From Planctomycetota bacterium (GTDB lineage: Bacteria > Planctomycetota > UBA8742 > UBA2392), in contig JADJRK010000001.1 in NCBI GenBank assembly GCA_016712285.1, positions 2,821,188 through 2,885,187 on the forward strand: a stretch of DNA of 64,000 bases, written 5' to 3'. The notes beneath the pieces were generated by a model. That model ran no database searches. It saw nothing but the letters and a program-made list of their open reading frames with translations, and was not told where the DNA came from. Position numbers and translations under genes: made by a program. Below, piece by piece: positions 36,740 to 46,811 of this stretch; the first letter of the stretch is position 1; every line of letters starts with the position of its first letter.

Positions 36740-38236
36740 TCAATCGTGCCGCAGGGCCTTCACGGGGTCGATGCGTGCGGCGCGCCGGGCCGGGAAGATC
36801 GCCGCCAGCACGGCCGTGACAGCGCCCAAAGCCGGGCCGGCCAGCGCAAGCCAGAGCGGCAGGACGAACACGCTGCCATTGTAGGGCACGGCTGCGCGCT
36901 CGGCGATCATGCTGCCGGCGATTGCGTCGCCGGGAATCATCGCGAGCACAGCCACGAGCAGGCCGAGCGTGCCGCCGATCAAGCCGATCAACGCGCTTTC
37001 GGTCAGGAACACCGCCTGCACCTGCCAGTTGGTGGCGCCGACGGCTTTGAAAATGCCGATCTCGCGGGTGCGCTCCAGCACGCTGGTGATCATGGTGTTG
37101 ACGATGCCCAGCGTGCTGACGATCAATGCGATGCCAGTCAGAAACGCGATGATCACCGTGATCACGGTCAGCATCGTCTCGACCTGTTGGAGCACACTGG
37201 CGACGCTGAAGGCTGTGAATCCCTTATCGCGCAGCGCTTGCTCAACGGCAGGCGCGTTCTCGGCGTCGTCCACCAGCACCAGTGCCCGCGGATAGCCAAG
37301 CTCACGGTTCACGGCGCTGGCATTGAACAGGTTGCGTGCTGTCCCTTGCGGAAGAAACACGTCGGTCTGGACCGCGTTGCCGTCCTCAATCACGTTGAAC
37401 ACGTCGCCGGGCACGGCTTCGCGCAGCACGCCGACGATGGTGACCTGGCGTTCCACGGGCTTGCGGGCCTGGCTGGCGATCTGCCCGAACTGTTCCAGCA
37501 GCTTGGGCAGGATCTTCATCATCGCCTGGCGCTCTTCTTCGGTCAGGCTTTCCATGAAGGCGCGCAGTTGCGGCGGCGCGTCTGCCATCGGGTCGTCGTT
37601 GGGGTTCACGATGCTGCGCAGCATGATCGTCTTGCCCAGCACCTGCTGGTAGTCCTGCTCGGTCAGCAGGCCCATCTTGTACAGCATGTACTCGTGCAGG
37701 ATGACTTCGTCGGCGTCGGGCCCGCTGAAGTAGCGCCCGGCAATCACGCGCTCGGCATAGCGCTGCCGCGCCACATCCACGCCGCCGCTAAGGCTGCCTT
37801 CGCTGCTCCATGCCCCGGCATCGATCGCGTAGCGTTCAATGATCACGGGCGTAATGCTCTCGACGTGCTCAAGCTGCGACAGCGCGGCGATGGTCGTGTC
37901 GTCGATCTCGTTCACGCGGCGGCCGCTCCACTGGCGGATCTGCCGGCGGTTGATCGCCGCACGCCGCAATCTCTCGCGCCGGTCTTCTTCCATTTCGCCG
38001 TCGATCTGCACCTCGGCCGGGTTGTTCGACAGCTCAATGCCGAAGCCCCCCGTCAAGCCGATCTGCCGCAGGTTGTCGCTGCCGCTGACGGTGTCGGTGA
38101 TCGCGCTGCTCAGGCCCTGCCCCAGCGAAACAATCATGGTCAGCGCGAACACGCCGATCAGCACGCCCGTCATGGTCAGCAGGTTGCGCGACTTCTTGCG
38201 CAGCAGGCCTTCCAGCGCCAGAGCCAGGACGTTCAT
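36740..38236 (-). CDS. ABC transporter permease (FtsX/MacB-like)
   Basis: N-terminal TM helix, large periplasmic domain and C-terminal FtsX-like four-helix region; stop overlaps the ATPase gene; + ORF 36728..38296 is an antisense shadow. Confidence 0.8.
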   Translation of the reverse strand: MNVLALALEGLLRKKSRNLLTMTGVLIGVFALTMIVSLGQGLSSAITDTVSGSDNLRQIGLTGGFGIELSNNPAEVQIDGEMEEDRRERLRRAAINRRQIRQWSGRRVNEIDDTTIAALSQLEHVESITPVIIERYAIDAGAWSSEGSLSGGVDVARQRYAERVIAGRYFSGPDADEVILHEYMLYKMGLLTEQDYQQVLGKTIMLRSIVNPNDDPMADAPPQLRAFMESLTEEERQAMMKILPKLLEQFGQIASQARKPVERQVTIVGVLREAVPGDVFNVIEDGNAVQTDVFLPQGTARNLFNASAVNRELGYPRALVLVDDAENAPAVEQALRDKGFTAFSVASVLQQVETMLTVITVIIAFLTGIALIVSTLGIVNTMITSVLERTREIGIFKAVGATNWQVQAVFLTESALIGLIGGTLGLLVAVLAMIPGDAIAGSMIAERAAVPYNGSVFVLPLWLALAGPALGAVTAVLAAIFPARRAARIDPVKALRHD

Positions 38237-38925
38237 GCCGCCGCCCCCTCATGCACAAACTGGCCGTCGGCCATGCGCAGCGTGCGGCTGGCATAGGTGG
38301 CAGCGAGGTCAGGGTCATGCGTGACCATCACCAGCGTAGTCCCGCCCTGGTGGGCGTCGCGCAGGATGGCCATGATCTGTTCGCTGGTGGCGGTATCGAG
38401 GTTGCCCGTGGGCTCGTCGCACAGCAGCATGCGCGGGTTGTTGACCAGCGAACGCGCAATCGCGACACGCTGCTGCTCGCCGCCCGACATCTGGCTTGGC
38501 ACATGGTTGGCGCGCTTGGACAACCCGACGCGCTCAAGCAACTCAGTGGCCCGGCGCTTGCGCTCAAGGCGGCCGACTCCCTGGAACACCAGCGGCAGCG
38601 CCACGTTTTCCCAGGCGCGCAATGACGTCACCAGGTTGAAGCTCTGGAAGATGAACCCGACCGTGGTGCGCCGGTAAAGGCTAAGCTCAGTGGCGCTCAT
38701 GCCCGCGAGCTCGCGGCCGTCCACGACGATGCTGCCGCCAGTCGGTTGATCGAGCCCGCCCAGCAGGTTCAGCAGCGTGCTCTTGCCGCTGCCTGAGCGA
38801 CCCAGCAGCGCGACAAAGTCGCCGCGCGCGACGGCGATATCCACCTCGCGCAAGGCGCTGACGGTTTCGCCGCCGAGGTGATAGGTGCGCGTCAGCCGTG
38901 TCGCGGTGACCAGCGGTTCGTTCAT
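38233..38925 (-). CDS. ABC transporter ATP-binding protein (MacB/LolD-like)
   Basis: Walker A GRSGSGKST, signature LSGGEQQRVAIARSL, Walker B LLCDEPTGNLD, H-loop. Confidence 0.9.
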   Translation of the reverse strand: MNEPLVTATRLTRTYHLGGETVSALREVDIAVARGDFVALLGRSGSGKSTLLNLLGGLDQPTGGSIVVDGRELAGMSATELSLYRRTTVGFIFQSFNLVTSLRAWENVALPLVFQGVGRLERKRRATELLERVGLSKRANHVPSQMSGGEQQRVAIARSLVNNPRMLLCDEPTGNLDTATSEQIMAILRDAHQGGTTLVMVTHDPDLAATYASRTLRMADGQFVHEGAAA

Positions 38926-39009
38926 GAACTCCGTTCCCTTCCGGACGTTCTTAGCATAGTCTCTTTGCCGCTTTCTGGCCGCTTTCTGGCTTTCGCCCCG
39001 GGGAAACGC

Positions 39010-39495
39010 ATGCGAACTGTTTCAATATTCCTGCTGTTTGGCGTTCTGGTAGCCGGCTGTGGCGGAGGCACAAATGCCGCGGCCGAGACAACCGACACCG
39101 ACCTGCGCGAGCGCGCCAAGCCCGCCGAAGGAAACCTTGAGCGGATTCGTGACTCGGTTCTCAAGTACTACGCAGCCAAGAAGGCGCCGCCACACTCGGT
39201 GAGCGACCTGGAGTCTTTCGGTGCATCCGAGAAAGACCTGCTCCCCACCGAAGACTACGCCGACATCGGCTATGCCTTCTTTTCGCTGAAATTTGACGCA
39301 TCGGGCAAGCTGGTACGCGGCTGGTTTCTTGCCACGCCCAAGGGCAACAGCGACGCGCTGCAGGTACGCATGAACGGTGTGACTGGAAAGTTCGAGCACC
39401 TGCCCAAGGGCGAAACCTGGCTGGCCGCCAACGAAGACGAAGGCTGGGCCCCGGGCGAAGAACCCAAGGAAAGCGACGGGGTCGAGGTCAAGTAG
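39010..39495 (+). CDS. lipoprotein, hypothetical
   Basis: Track ORF 38878..39495; ATG 39010; signal peptide with lipobox (LVAGC). Confidence 0.5.
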   Translation: MRTVSIFLLFGVLVAGCGGGTNAAAETTDTDLRERAKPAEGNLERIRDSVLKYYAAKKAPPHSVSDLESFGASEKDLLPTEDYADIGYAFFSLKFDASGKLVRGWFLATPKGNSDALQVRMNGVTGKFEHLPKGETWLAANEDEGWAPGEEPKESDGVEVK

Positions 39496-39504
39496 GGCTG
39501 CTTG

Positions 39505-41397
39505 CTATGGGACCAGCGGCTTGGGCAGCTCAACGGCTTTCTTCTCCACCCATCCGCCACCTTCTTTGTACTTCACCTGCGGCACGTACTTGTGGTCACG
39601 CTTGCGGATCACTTTTGCGCTCTTGATGGCGTCGTCTTTCTGCACCAGCGCCGCCAGCTCCAGGCCGTACATCACTTCGCCGAACGCGCAGTATGGGCTC
39701 TGCTCTTTGTCCCAGTCCGGCCAGTCTTTCAGGTTGATGAAGAACTCGGTGCTGGCGCTGTCCAAGTCGCTGGTGCGTGCCATGGCAATCGTGCCGCGGC
39801 TGTTGCCCAGGCCGGCGGCCTTGTACTTGGGGTTGTCGACGGCCTCGTTGCGGATGCCGTAGTCGTAGCCTTCGCGTGATCCAGCCTGCGCAAAGCCGCC
39901 CTGGATGATGCGCAGCCCCTGGGCCTTGTAGATCTCGGCGATGTCGGATGCCGTGCCCTCTATGCGGTAAAATTCGCACTCACTGTTGAAGAAGCCTTCC
40001 TCGATCAGGTTGATCAGGTTGGCCACGGTGTTGGGGCAGGCGTCTTCAAACAACTCGACGACGATGTCGCCCTTTTCCAGCTCAAAGACGACAATCGGGT
40101 TCAGCTTGCTGTCCGCGGGCACAACCTCGACCTTGACCTCGCTGAAGCGCACCGGCTTGGGTACTTCCGTGCGCTTGTCCATCGGCACGGGCCAGCCGTC
40201 GTAGTAGACCTTGGGGACGTACTTGGTGCTTTTGCGCTTCTGCTCAACGTAGGTGTAGTAGATCTCGGCCTGGTGAAGGCGGCGGGCCACGTTCAGGCCC
40301 TTCTCGCCGTCAAGCACGCGGCCCAGGGGCAGGAAGTTCTGGCCCAGCGCGGGGCTGGTCTCGATCACGACAAAGAACTCGCCGCGGGCGCGTGACGGGT
40401 CATCGGCGTCGCGGGATAGCGCGATCGAGCCCACAGTAAAGGGCTGCGTCGTGCTGCCCTGGTAGTCGATCTGGTACGGGTTGTTCTCGGCCACGGTGTC
40501 AACGTCATCGCCTTCTTTGGCCGTGGTGGGTTTCTCAAGTTCCACGCCAGCCGGCCGGCCCTGCTTGCCCGCGCTGATGACCGTCGAGCCCTTGAAGGGG
40601 CCGGTCGGGTTGAAGCTGTTGCTGAAGCTGAGCGTGCCCGCGTCGCCGCGGTCGAAATATCCCTCGTCGCACAGGCTGACGAAGTGCTTCACGGCGTTGG
40701 GTGCCTCGTCTTCGAACAGTTCCATGCGCAGCGTGCCGACGGCGGTCTCGAAGACCACGATCGGGTTGCCCGCGTCCACTTCTTTGGTGGCGGGCTTGTC
40801 GGCTTTGCTGTGGTGATCCCAAGGCAGAAGTTTCTTGTTCTCGGGCTTCTCAAGGAATTCAAGGTCGGCCTTGAGCTTGGCTTGCAGGCCATCGAGGTGG
40901 CGCACCCAGGCGTCATTGGCGGCGTCTTCAAGCGCTTTGATCTTGTCGGATGAGCCGCCCAGAATGCCGATCACGTCTTTCAACTCGTCGGCTTTGTAGG
41001 GGTGCGAGAGCAGTGCATAGGCGCGGGTGCCGAAACGATAGTTGGCGTACGCGACCAGCAGCTCTTCTTCTTCAGACTCGGCGATGACCACTTCCATGCC
41101 GGTTTTGAGCTCGGGCAGCTTTTCGACCATGGCCGCACGGTCAATCTTGTTCTTGAAGGCGACTTCACCCGACGCCTGTGACTGCGTCAGGAAGTACACG
41201 GTGAAGAAGCCGGCCACAATCAGCACGATGGCCGGGCCCAGCACCTTGCCGTAGCCGGCCAGGAACTTGCTGGCGCTGTCGACAAACGTGGCGCCAAGGC
41301 CCATGCCGGTGCGGGGCAGGACGTCGCGGCTGGCGTCTTTGGAGGCGGCAACGAGCTCGCCCTTCTTTTGCTTGCTTTTGACTTTGGTGCGGACCAT
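39505..41397 (-). CDS. membrane-anchored protein with two cyclophilin-type peptidyl-prolyl isomerase-like domains
   Basis: N-terminal TM anchor; two regions resembling cyclophilin cores (GEFFVVIETSPALG... and STEFFINLKDWPDWD...). Confidence 0.65.
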   Translation of the reverse strand: MVRTKVKSKQKKGELVAASKDASRDVLPRTGMGLGATFVDSASKFLAGYGKVLGPAIVLIVAGFFTVYFLTQSQASGEVAFKNKIDRAAMVEKLPELKTGMEVVIAESEEEELLVAYANYRFGTRAYALLSHPYKADELKDVIGILGGSSDKIKALEDAANDAWVRHLDGLQAKLKADLEFLEKPENKKLLPWDHHSKADKPATKEVDAGNPIVVFETAVGTLRMELFEDEAPNAVKHFVSLCDEGYFDRGDAGTLSFSNSFNPTGPFKGSTVISAGKQGRPAGVELEKPTTAKEGDDVDTVAENNPYQIDYQGSTTQPFTVGSIALSRDADDPSRARGEFFVVIETSPALGQNFLPLGRVLDGEKGLNVARRLHQAEIYYTYVEQKRKSTKYVPKVYYDGWPVPMDKRTEVPKPVRFSEVKVEVVPADSKLNPIVVFELEKGDIVVELFEDACPNTVANLINLIEEGFFNSECEFYRIEGTASDIAEIYKAQGLRIIQGGFAQAGSREGYDYGIRNEAVDNPKYKAAGLGNSRGTIAMARTSDLDSASTEFFINLKDWPDWDKEQSPYCAFGEVMYGLELAALVQKDDAIKSAKVIRKRDHKYVPQVKYKEGGGWVEKKAVELPKPLVP

Positions 41398-41408
41398 GGG
41401 TTCCTGCG

Positions 41409-41852
41409 TCAGTCGAATTTCGGGTTCATCTCAACAGTAAGGACGCTGAAGCGCTTGCTGCTTTGCACGCGAGCGTCGGGCGCGAGTTGCAACTCTAGCT
41501 GGTCGTCTGCCTTTTTGAAGCGCACCTTCATGGTGCCCTCGGAATCATTGTGCTCTTCTACCATCAGTTCCCAGCCTTCGCCGGGCAGCGTGTCCTTGAA
41601 CCAGCCCAGCACCTTGCTGGGCGTATCCAGGCTGTCGCCGGTGCTGCGGTAGCTGTAGCGGCCATAGATGCGCTTGCCGGCGGCGCTGTCCTGCCGCTTG
41701 AAGGCCGGGTTGTCGTGCGGCTCATAGTTCGCGGGCACCGGCACGTCCGCGTAGGGCTCGCCCCAGGCGGACTTGTTGGTCCCGTTGGTGGTTTTGCAAC
41801 CCGCGATCAGCAGCACTGCCAGCAATGTCAGGAATGTGAGCGAAAGCTTCAT
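41409..41852 (-). CDS. lipoprotein, hypothetical
   Basis: Track ORF 41409..41864; ATG 41852 (MKLSLTF); lipobox LIAGC. Confidence 0.5.
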   Translation of the reverse strand: MKLSLTFLTLLAVLLIAGCKTTNGTNKSAWGEPYADVPVPANYEPHDNPAFKRQDSAAGKRIYGRYSYRSTGDSLDTPSKVLGWFKDTLPGEGWELMVEEHNDSEGTMKVRFKKADDQLELQLAPDARVQSSKRFSVLTVEMNPKFD

Positions 41853-41982
41853 CCCATCCTCCATGAGGGGGCCAGACTATACATATCCGGCTTTCCACCA
41901 AGCAGGGGGAAACCGGGCCAAATACCATGCATGTATATCGGCATTCTGGCGCCCTGCGCTTGGGCCAAATCGGGGCCCAAGC

Positions 41983-42798
41983 CTACGACACGAGGCGCGT
42001 CCTGGCCTTCTCCATGCGCTCGCGACGCTGGCGAATCGGGTCAGGGGCATTCAAGCCGTCGCGGGCGATCGACTTGGCCTCGAGGTGCTGCTGGTACTCG
42101 CGCTCGCGCTCATGCAGTGGCCCGTTGATGATGCCGCGAATGCGCTCAGACAGCACTTCCTGGTAGTCCTTCTCGCGCATGCCCTCGGGCATTTCGGACA
42201 TGTACTGCTCGTAGGTCAGCGGCTTGTGCACGACCTGCGTGTGGCGCCGGAAGAAGTACGGGCGCCAGCGCGACTTGGGCCAGAATTCGCCCCCGGTGAC
42301 AAACGTGATCGGCAGGATCGTCGCCTTGGCCGCAAAGGCGGCGCGCAACGCGCCGGGCTTCCATGGGCCCATCAGGCGGCCTTCACTGCGCGAACCTTCA
42401 GGAAACACGCCGGCTGCGCCGCCTTGCTCAAGAATGCGCACCAGTGTCACGTAGGGTCCGCGGCCCGGGTTGGCACGATTGACCGGGTAGGCCTTGTACG
42501 TGCGGGCAAAGAAGCTGACGACCGGGATCCGGAACAGCTTGTCCCATGCCATGATCGATAAGTCACGGTCGGCGTGATAGATCATCAATGCCACCAGCGT
42601 CGGCGGCTCGAGATAGCTGGGGTGGTTGGCCAGCACCAGCAACGGCCCGGCCTTCGGAATGTTCTCGACTCCCAGCGGCTGCCAGAACAGCAACGCGCGA
42701 CCCAGGCCAGCCGCAAAATTGACGGCTGTGCGGTAAACCCAGCCGCGCAACCCCGTGGGGCGCGTCTGGTCCACCAGCATGTGTTCGTCGCGTTCCAT
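41983..42798 (-). CDS. lysophospholipid acyltransferase (PlsC-like)
   Basis: Track ORF 41983..42975; acyltransferase block LANHPSYLEP and FPEGSRS motif; start at ATG 42798. Confidence 0.7.
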   Translation of the reverse strand: MERDEHMLVDQTRPTGLRGWVYRTAVNFAAGLGRALLFWQPLGVENIPKAGPLLVLANHPSYLEPPTLVALMIYHADRDLSIMAWDKLFRIPVVSFFARTYKAYPVNRANPGRGPYVTLVRILEQGGAAGVFPEGSRSEGRLMGPWKPGALRAAFAAKATILPITFVTGGEFWPKSRWRPYFFRRHTQVVHKPLTYEQYMSEMPEGMREKDYQEVLSERIRGIINGPLHEREREYQQHLEAKSIARDGLNAPDPIRQRRERMEKARTRLVS

Positions 42799-42800
42799 GT

Positions 42801-43235
42801 TCAGGCTCGAAGCTTCTGCCGGGTTTCCATCAGGATGCGGCCAAGCATGTTGCGCCCGCTGCCGTCTTTGCCACAGCCCCAGTAATAGTCGCCCGGGGCG
42901 TTTTCTACCAGTTCCTGCTCGCCGGTGCTGAGCAGTAACGCCTTGAGTTCGGGGTGGGTGGTGAACTTGGCCCATACGGCTTTGCGCATGACATCGTCCT
43001 TGACCTGCTCCCAGTCAGGGCGCAAGGGCCGTGATCGTTCGCGCCCCATGCGGGCGGCGTCATTGGGTTTGCGCGCCGCACGAATTGCCTCTTCGTGCTC
43101 GGTGCCGGCAAACTTCTGCGCCTGGAAGTAATGCTCGCTGGTGGGCCAGACCTTTCCGTCAAGCTCAAACGGAAAGTGGGCGAAATTGCTGAACTCGCCC
43201 CATTGGCCGGTCCGCCCATAAAAGTAGATCGCCAT
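42801..43235 (-). CDS. NADAR-family protein (YbiA-like)
   Basis: Track ORF 42801..43244; conserved YFYGRTGQWGEFSNF, SEHYFQAQKF and GDYYWGCG segments typical of NADAR/DUF1768. Confidence 0.7.
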   Translation of the reverse strand: MAIYFYGRTGQWGEFSNFAHFPFELDGKVWPTSEHYFQAQKFAGTEHEEAIRAARKPNDAARMGRERSRPLRPDWEQVKDDVMRKAVWAKFTTHPELKALLLSTGEQELVENAPGDYYWGCGKDGSGRNMLGRILMETRQKLRA

Positions 43236-43347
43236 GGCACTCACTTTCTCGACTGGCTGCCTAACGAATCACGGATTCCGTTTGGCATAGTGTCGTTCGC
43301 ACACTATACTAAGTGTGTAGGATACACATAGAGAGGAGCGCCGAGCC

Positions 43348-44388
43348 ATGGCCACTATCACCAAACTTGCAGGGCTTCGCCACCTGCGCGCCGAGCCCAA
43401 CCAGTACATCCTGCACTACCGCGCCGGCAAGCTTGCCCGCCAGGGCGCAGGCATCGCCTACTGGTTTCTGCCCATGAGCGCAAGCATCGCGCAGCTGCCG
43501 GTCGAAGATGCGGAAGCCACCTGCATCCTGAACGAACGCACCATCGACATGCAGGCGATCAACGTGCAGGCCGTCATCCGCTACCGCATCCAAGACCCCG
43601 AACGCGCGGCACGACGCGTCAACTTCACGATCAGCACCGCCACCGGCGCATGGACCGAACAGCCGCTCGAAAAGCTGACCGAGTTCTGGCACCAGCGCGT
43701 GCAGGAACCGGCACGCAGGGCGCTCAGCGGCATGGCGTTGACTGAAGCGGTCCGCAGCGGCGCCGAAGCCGTGCACAACGCGATTCGCGCGGCGTTCGAA
43801 CATGACCCGGAGCTGGCAGACATGGGCCTGTCGATTGTCGAGGTCCACGTCGTACGCGTGTCACCCAGCAGCGAGATGGAAAAGGCGCTGCAGACCCCGG
43901 CCCGTGAAAGCATGCAGCAGAAGGCCGACGAGGCGATTTTCCGGCGCCGCGCCGACGCGGTCGAAAAGGAACGCGCAATCAAGGAAAACGAGTTGTCTAC
44001 GCAGATCGAGCTGGAAAAGCGCAACGAGCAGTTGATCGCCCAGCAGGGCGCCAACAAGGTCCGCGAGGTCACCCAGGACGCCGAAGCCGAGAAGCTCGCC
44101 GCCCAGGCAGGCATCGAGCGCGCAAACCTGCAGGCCACGGCAACGGCGGAGCATATCCGCTTGCGGGCCGACGCCGACGCCGATGCGGCGCGCGCGCTGG
44201 GCCAGGCCAACGCAGACGCAGAGGCTGCGCGGGCCGCGGCATGGAAGGACCTGCCAAGCAAGGTGCTGCTGGGTCTGGCCGCAATCGAGTTCGCACGCAA
44301 GATTGAGCACATCCAGCACCTGAACGTCAGCCCCAACATGCTGGGCGACCTGTTGGGCGAGTTCCTGCAGGGCAAGGTGGAGAAGTGA
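43348..44388 (+). CDS. SPFH/band-7 family protein (stomatin/flotillin-like)
   Basis: N-terminal SPFH-like region followed by long Ala/Glu-rich coiled coil; GAGAGGAG upstream of ATG. Confidence 0.65.
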   Translation: MATITKLAGLRHLRAEPNQYILHYRAGKLARQGAGIAYWFLPMSASIAQLPVEDAEATCILNERTIDMQAINVQAVIRYRIQDPERAARRVNFTISTATGAWTEQPLEKLTEFWHQRVQEPARRALSGMALTEAVRSGAEAVHNAIRAAFEHDPELADMGLSIVEVHVVRVSPSSEMEKALQTPARESMQQKADEAIFRRRADAVEKERAIKENELSTQIELEKRNEQLIAQQGANKVREVTQDAEAEKLAAQAGIERANLQATATAEHIRLRADADADAARALGQANADAEAARAAAWKDLPSKVLLGLAAIEFARKIEHIQHLNVSPNMLGDLLGEFLQGKVEK

Positions 44389-44530
44389 GTGTGTGTGGTG
44401 AGGAGTGCGACGTGCGTAGTGCGTAGTGGGTGGAGGGCGATCACAACACCCGACAGAGTTCATTGCCTTCGATCGACGAGCACTACGCACCAAGCACCCA
44501 GCACTACGCACTCCCCCGGAGGGCCAAGCC

Positions 44531-45454
44531 ATGAAAACCACACTCCCACGCATCGTGGTCATCACCCGCCCCACACCGCTGGACATGCTGCTGCGCCGCT
44601 TCGGCACCCAGGACAACGCCAAATTCTACGTCGAGTCACGGGGGCAGGACTTCGCCCGCGTCCTGCACATCCACGAGTTGCAACAGCAGGCCGTGTCTGC
44701 CGTGCTGCGCGCGATCCCACCGGAGCAGCGCCGGGCCCAGGTCAGCCGCGACGACCTTGACCGCTTTCTGTTCAACCGCGACGACGTGGTCTTCGCGATC
44801 GGCCAGGACGGCCTGGTCCCCAACGTCGCCAAGTATCTCGACGACCACACCATTGTCGGGTTCAACCCCGACCCCGCCACGGTCGGCGGCTTACTGTGCC
44901 GGTTCACGCCGGCGGAGGCTCCCGGCGTGATCGCAGCCCTGAACACGGACACATTGGGCGGTTTCGTGCTGGAGCGCCGAACCATGGTCGTGGCCGTGCG
45001 CGAAGACGGCCAGCAACTGCTTGCCCTGAACGAGCTGTTCATCGGCCACCACACACACCAGAGCGCGAAGTATCGCGTCAGCGTCAGCGGCAATGGCCCC
45101 GGGCAATCGGAACGCCACTCATCCTCCGGCGTAATCGTCTCGACCGGCACCGGCGCCACCGGCTGGACAGCCAGCATTGTCAAGCAGCGCGGAATCGTGC
45201 AGCAACTGCCAACGGCCGTCGAACGCAAGCTGACATACATGGTGCGCGAGCCATGGCCCAGCATCGCCACGGGCACGGACATCAATTTCGGGTTTCTGGC
45301 CGAGGGCGAAACGCTCACCCTGAGCAGCGAGATGGAGGAAGGCGGTGTGGCCTTCGGTGACGGCATCGAAGCCGACTTCCTCGAGTTCAATGAGGGCCAG
45401 ACCATCACCGTGCGACTGGCCGATCGCACGCTGAACCTGCTTGCCAAGCCATAG
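44531..45454 (+). CDS. NAD kinase-like (ATP-NAD/diacylglycerol kinase fold) protein
   Basis: Track ORF 44426..45454; start ATG 44531; motifs IGQDGLV (GGDG-like), NELFIGHHTH and STGTGATGW resemble NadK-family segments. Confidence 0.5.
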   Translation: MKTTLPRIVVITRPTPLDMLLRRFGTQDNAKFYVESRGQDFARVLHIHELQQQAVSAVLRAIPPEQRRAQVSRDDLDRFLFNRDDVVFAIGQDGLVPNVAKYLDDHTIVGFNPDPATVGGLLCRFTPAEAPGVIAALNTDTLGGFVLERRTMVVAVREDGQQLLALNELFIGHHTHQSAKYRVSVSGNGPGQSERHSSSGVIVSTGTGATGWTASIVKQRGIVQQLPTAVERKLTYMVREPWPSIATGTDINFGFLAEGETLTLSSEMEEGGVAFGDGIEADFLEFNEGQTITVRLADRTLNLLAKP

Positions 45455-45458
45455 CGGC

Positions 45459-45938
45459 TCAGCCGGCAAACAAACCGCGATGCTCTACCAGCCATTGCCG
45501 TTGCTCAGGCGTGTCGGGCACGGCAACGCCCCGCGCAGTGCCGACCTGCGCAAACGCACCCTCGACTTCGTGGCCAAGGCGCACCAGCATCGCAGCCGCC
45601 GCCAGGCCGCTGCGGCCAATGCCGGCGCGGCAGTGAACGCCCACGGCTTTGCCGCTGTTGGCCAGGTCGTTGATCGTGGCTGCAAACAGCGCCGGCGAGC
45701 GCGGCACGCCGCGGTCCGGGATGGCGTAGCGCATGAAGTCGAGGCCGAACTTTTCGGCAAACAGGACCTCGTCGAACAGGCCCAGTTCAAGCTCTTCCGC
45801 GGGCTCGAGCAGCGAAAGCAGCACCTGCACGCCCTGCTGCGCGTAGCTGGCAATTTCGTCCTCAAGCCAGTCGCCGCCGCGCGGGCGCGGCAGGATGGCG
45901 ATGCGGCGGTCCATCACCCAAAGTACGTCTGCTTTCAT
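45459..45938 (-). CDS. protein tyrosine/dual-specificity phosphatase
   Basis: Track ORF 45459..45971; CX5R active-site loop VHCRAGIGRSG. Confidence 0.7.
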   Translation of the reverse strand: MKADVLWVMDRRIAILPRPRGGDWLEDEIASYAQQGVQVLLSLLEPAEELELGLFDEVLFAEKFGLDFMRYAIPDRGVPRSPALFAATINDLANSGKAVGVHCRAGIGRSGLAAAAMLVRLGHEVEGAFAQVGTARGVAVPDTPEQRQWLVEHRGLFAG

Positions 45939-45974
45939 TCGGATTCCAAATAGTGAAAACGACTGGGCCAAGAC

Positions 45975-46811
45975 TCAAAAGGCCACGGGCGGCGGTTCCT
46001 TGCTTGGTGCTGGTTCCGTCACCCGGATGCTGCCGTCGGCTTCGACGGCGACGCGCAACCGGTCATAGCCAAGCCGCGCCCATGTCGGCAGCTCTGCGTT
46101 GATCTGTTCGTGTTCGAGGTCATGGTTGATGTGGGTGAACAACACGCGCTCAACGCCCGCTTGCTCGGCGATGTGCAGGGCCTTGCCCAGGCTCAGGTGC
46201 GTGGGGTGCGGGGCGCGGCGCAGGGCGTCAAGAATCAGCACGCGCACGCCCTTGAGCCTCGCGATGCTGCTTTCAGGCACTTCGTTGGTGTCAGTGATGT
46301 ACGCGCAGTCGCCGATGCGAAAGCCCGCCACGCGCATGTTGCCGTGGACCACAGGGATCGGCGTGACCGTGATGCCCGCGGCAACAAATGCTTCGTGCTC
46401 GAAGACGTGCGTGTTGAACCGCGCAATGCCCTTGTAGTCGTACTCGTCGTCGAACAGGTAGCCGAACGTGCGCTTGAGCTGCTCCAGCGATTCGGGGTAG
46501 GCAAACAGCTCCAGCCGCTCGCGCCCGCCGCCCCAGTACAGGCCGCGCAGGTCGTCCAGGCCGTGGCAATGGTCGGCGTGGGTGTGCGTGATCAGCACGC
46601 CGTGCACGCTGGTCAGCCCGGCACGCAAGGCCTGCATGCGTATATCCGGAGTGACGTCCACCAGCAGGCGGCGCTCGTCGTCGCCGGCGCCCACGCGAAA
46701 CAGGATGCTGCTGCGAAGCCGCTTGTTGCGCGGATTTGGCGAGTGGCACACCCAGCAGTCGCAACCGATAGTCGGTATGCCGCTGCTGGTGCCGCTGCCA
46801 AGGAATTCCAT
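45975..46811 (-). CDS. MBL-fold metallo-hydrolase
   Basis: Track ORF 45975..46823; HxHxDH motif (ITHTHADHCHG) and N-terminal Cys cluster; start at ATG 46811. Confidence 0.75.
   Translation of the reverse strand: MEFLGSGTSSGIPTIGCDCWVCHSPNPRNKRLRSSILFRVGAGDDERRLLVDVTPDIRMQALRAGLTSVHGVLITHTHADHCHGLDDLRGLYWGGGRERLELFAYPESLEQLKRTFGYLFDDEYDYKGIARFNTHVFEHEAFVAAGITVTPIPVVHGNMRVAGFRIGDCAYITDTNEVPESSIARLKGVRVLILDALRRAPHPTHLSLGKALHIAEQAGVERVLFTHINHDLEHEQINAELPTWARLGYDRLRVAVEADGSIRVTEPAPSKEPPPVAF

Noticed and set aside
36728-38296. 522-aa + strand ORF
   Set aside because: Antisense to the FtsX-like ABC permease and overlapping the ABC ATPase gene; His/Asp/Arg-rich.
43581-44444. 287-aa minus-strand ORF
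   Set aside because: Antisense to the SPFH-domain gene; Ser/Ala/Arg-rich low complexity.
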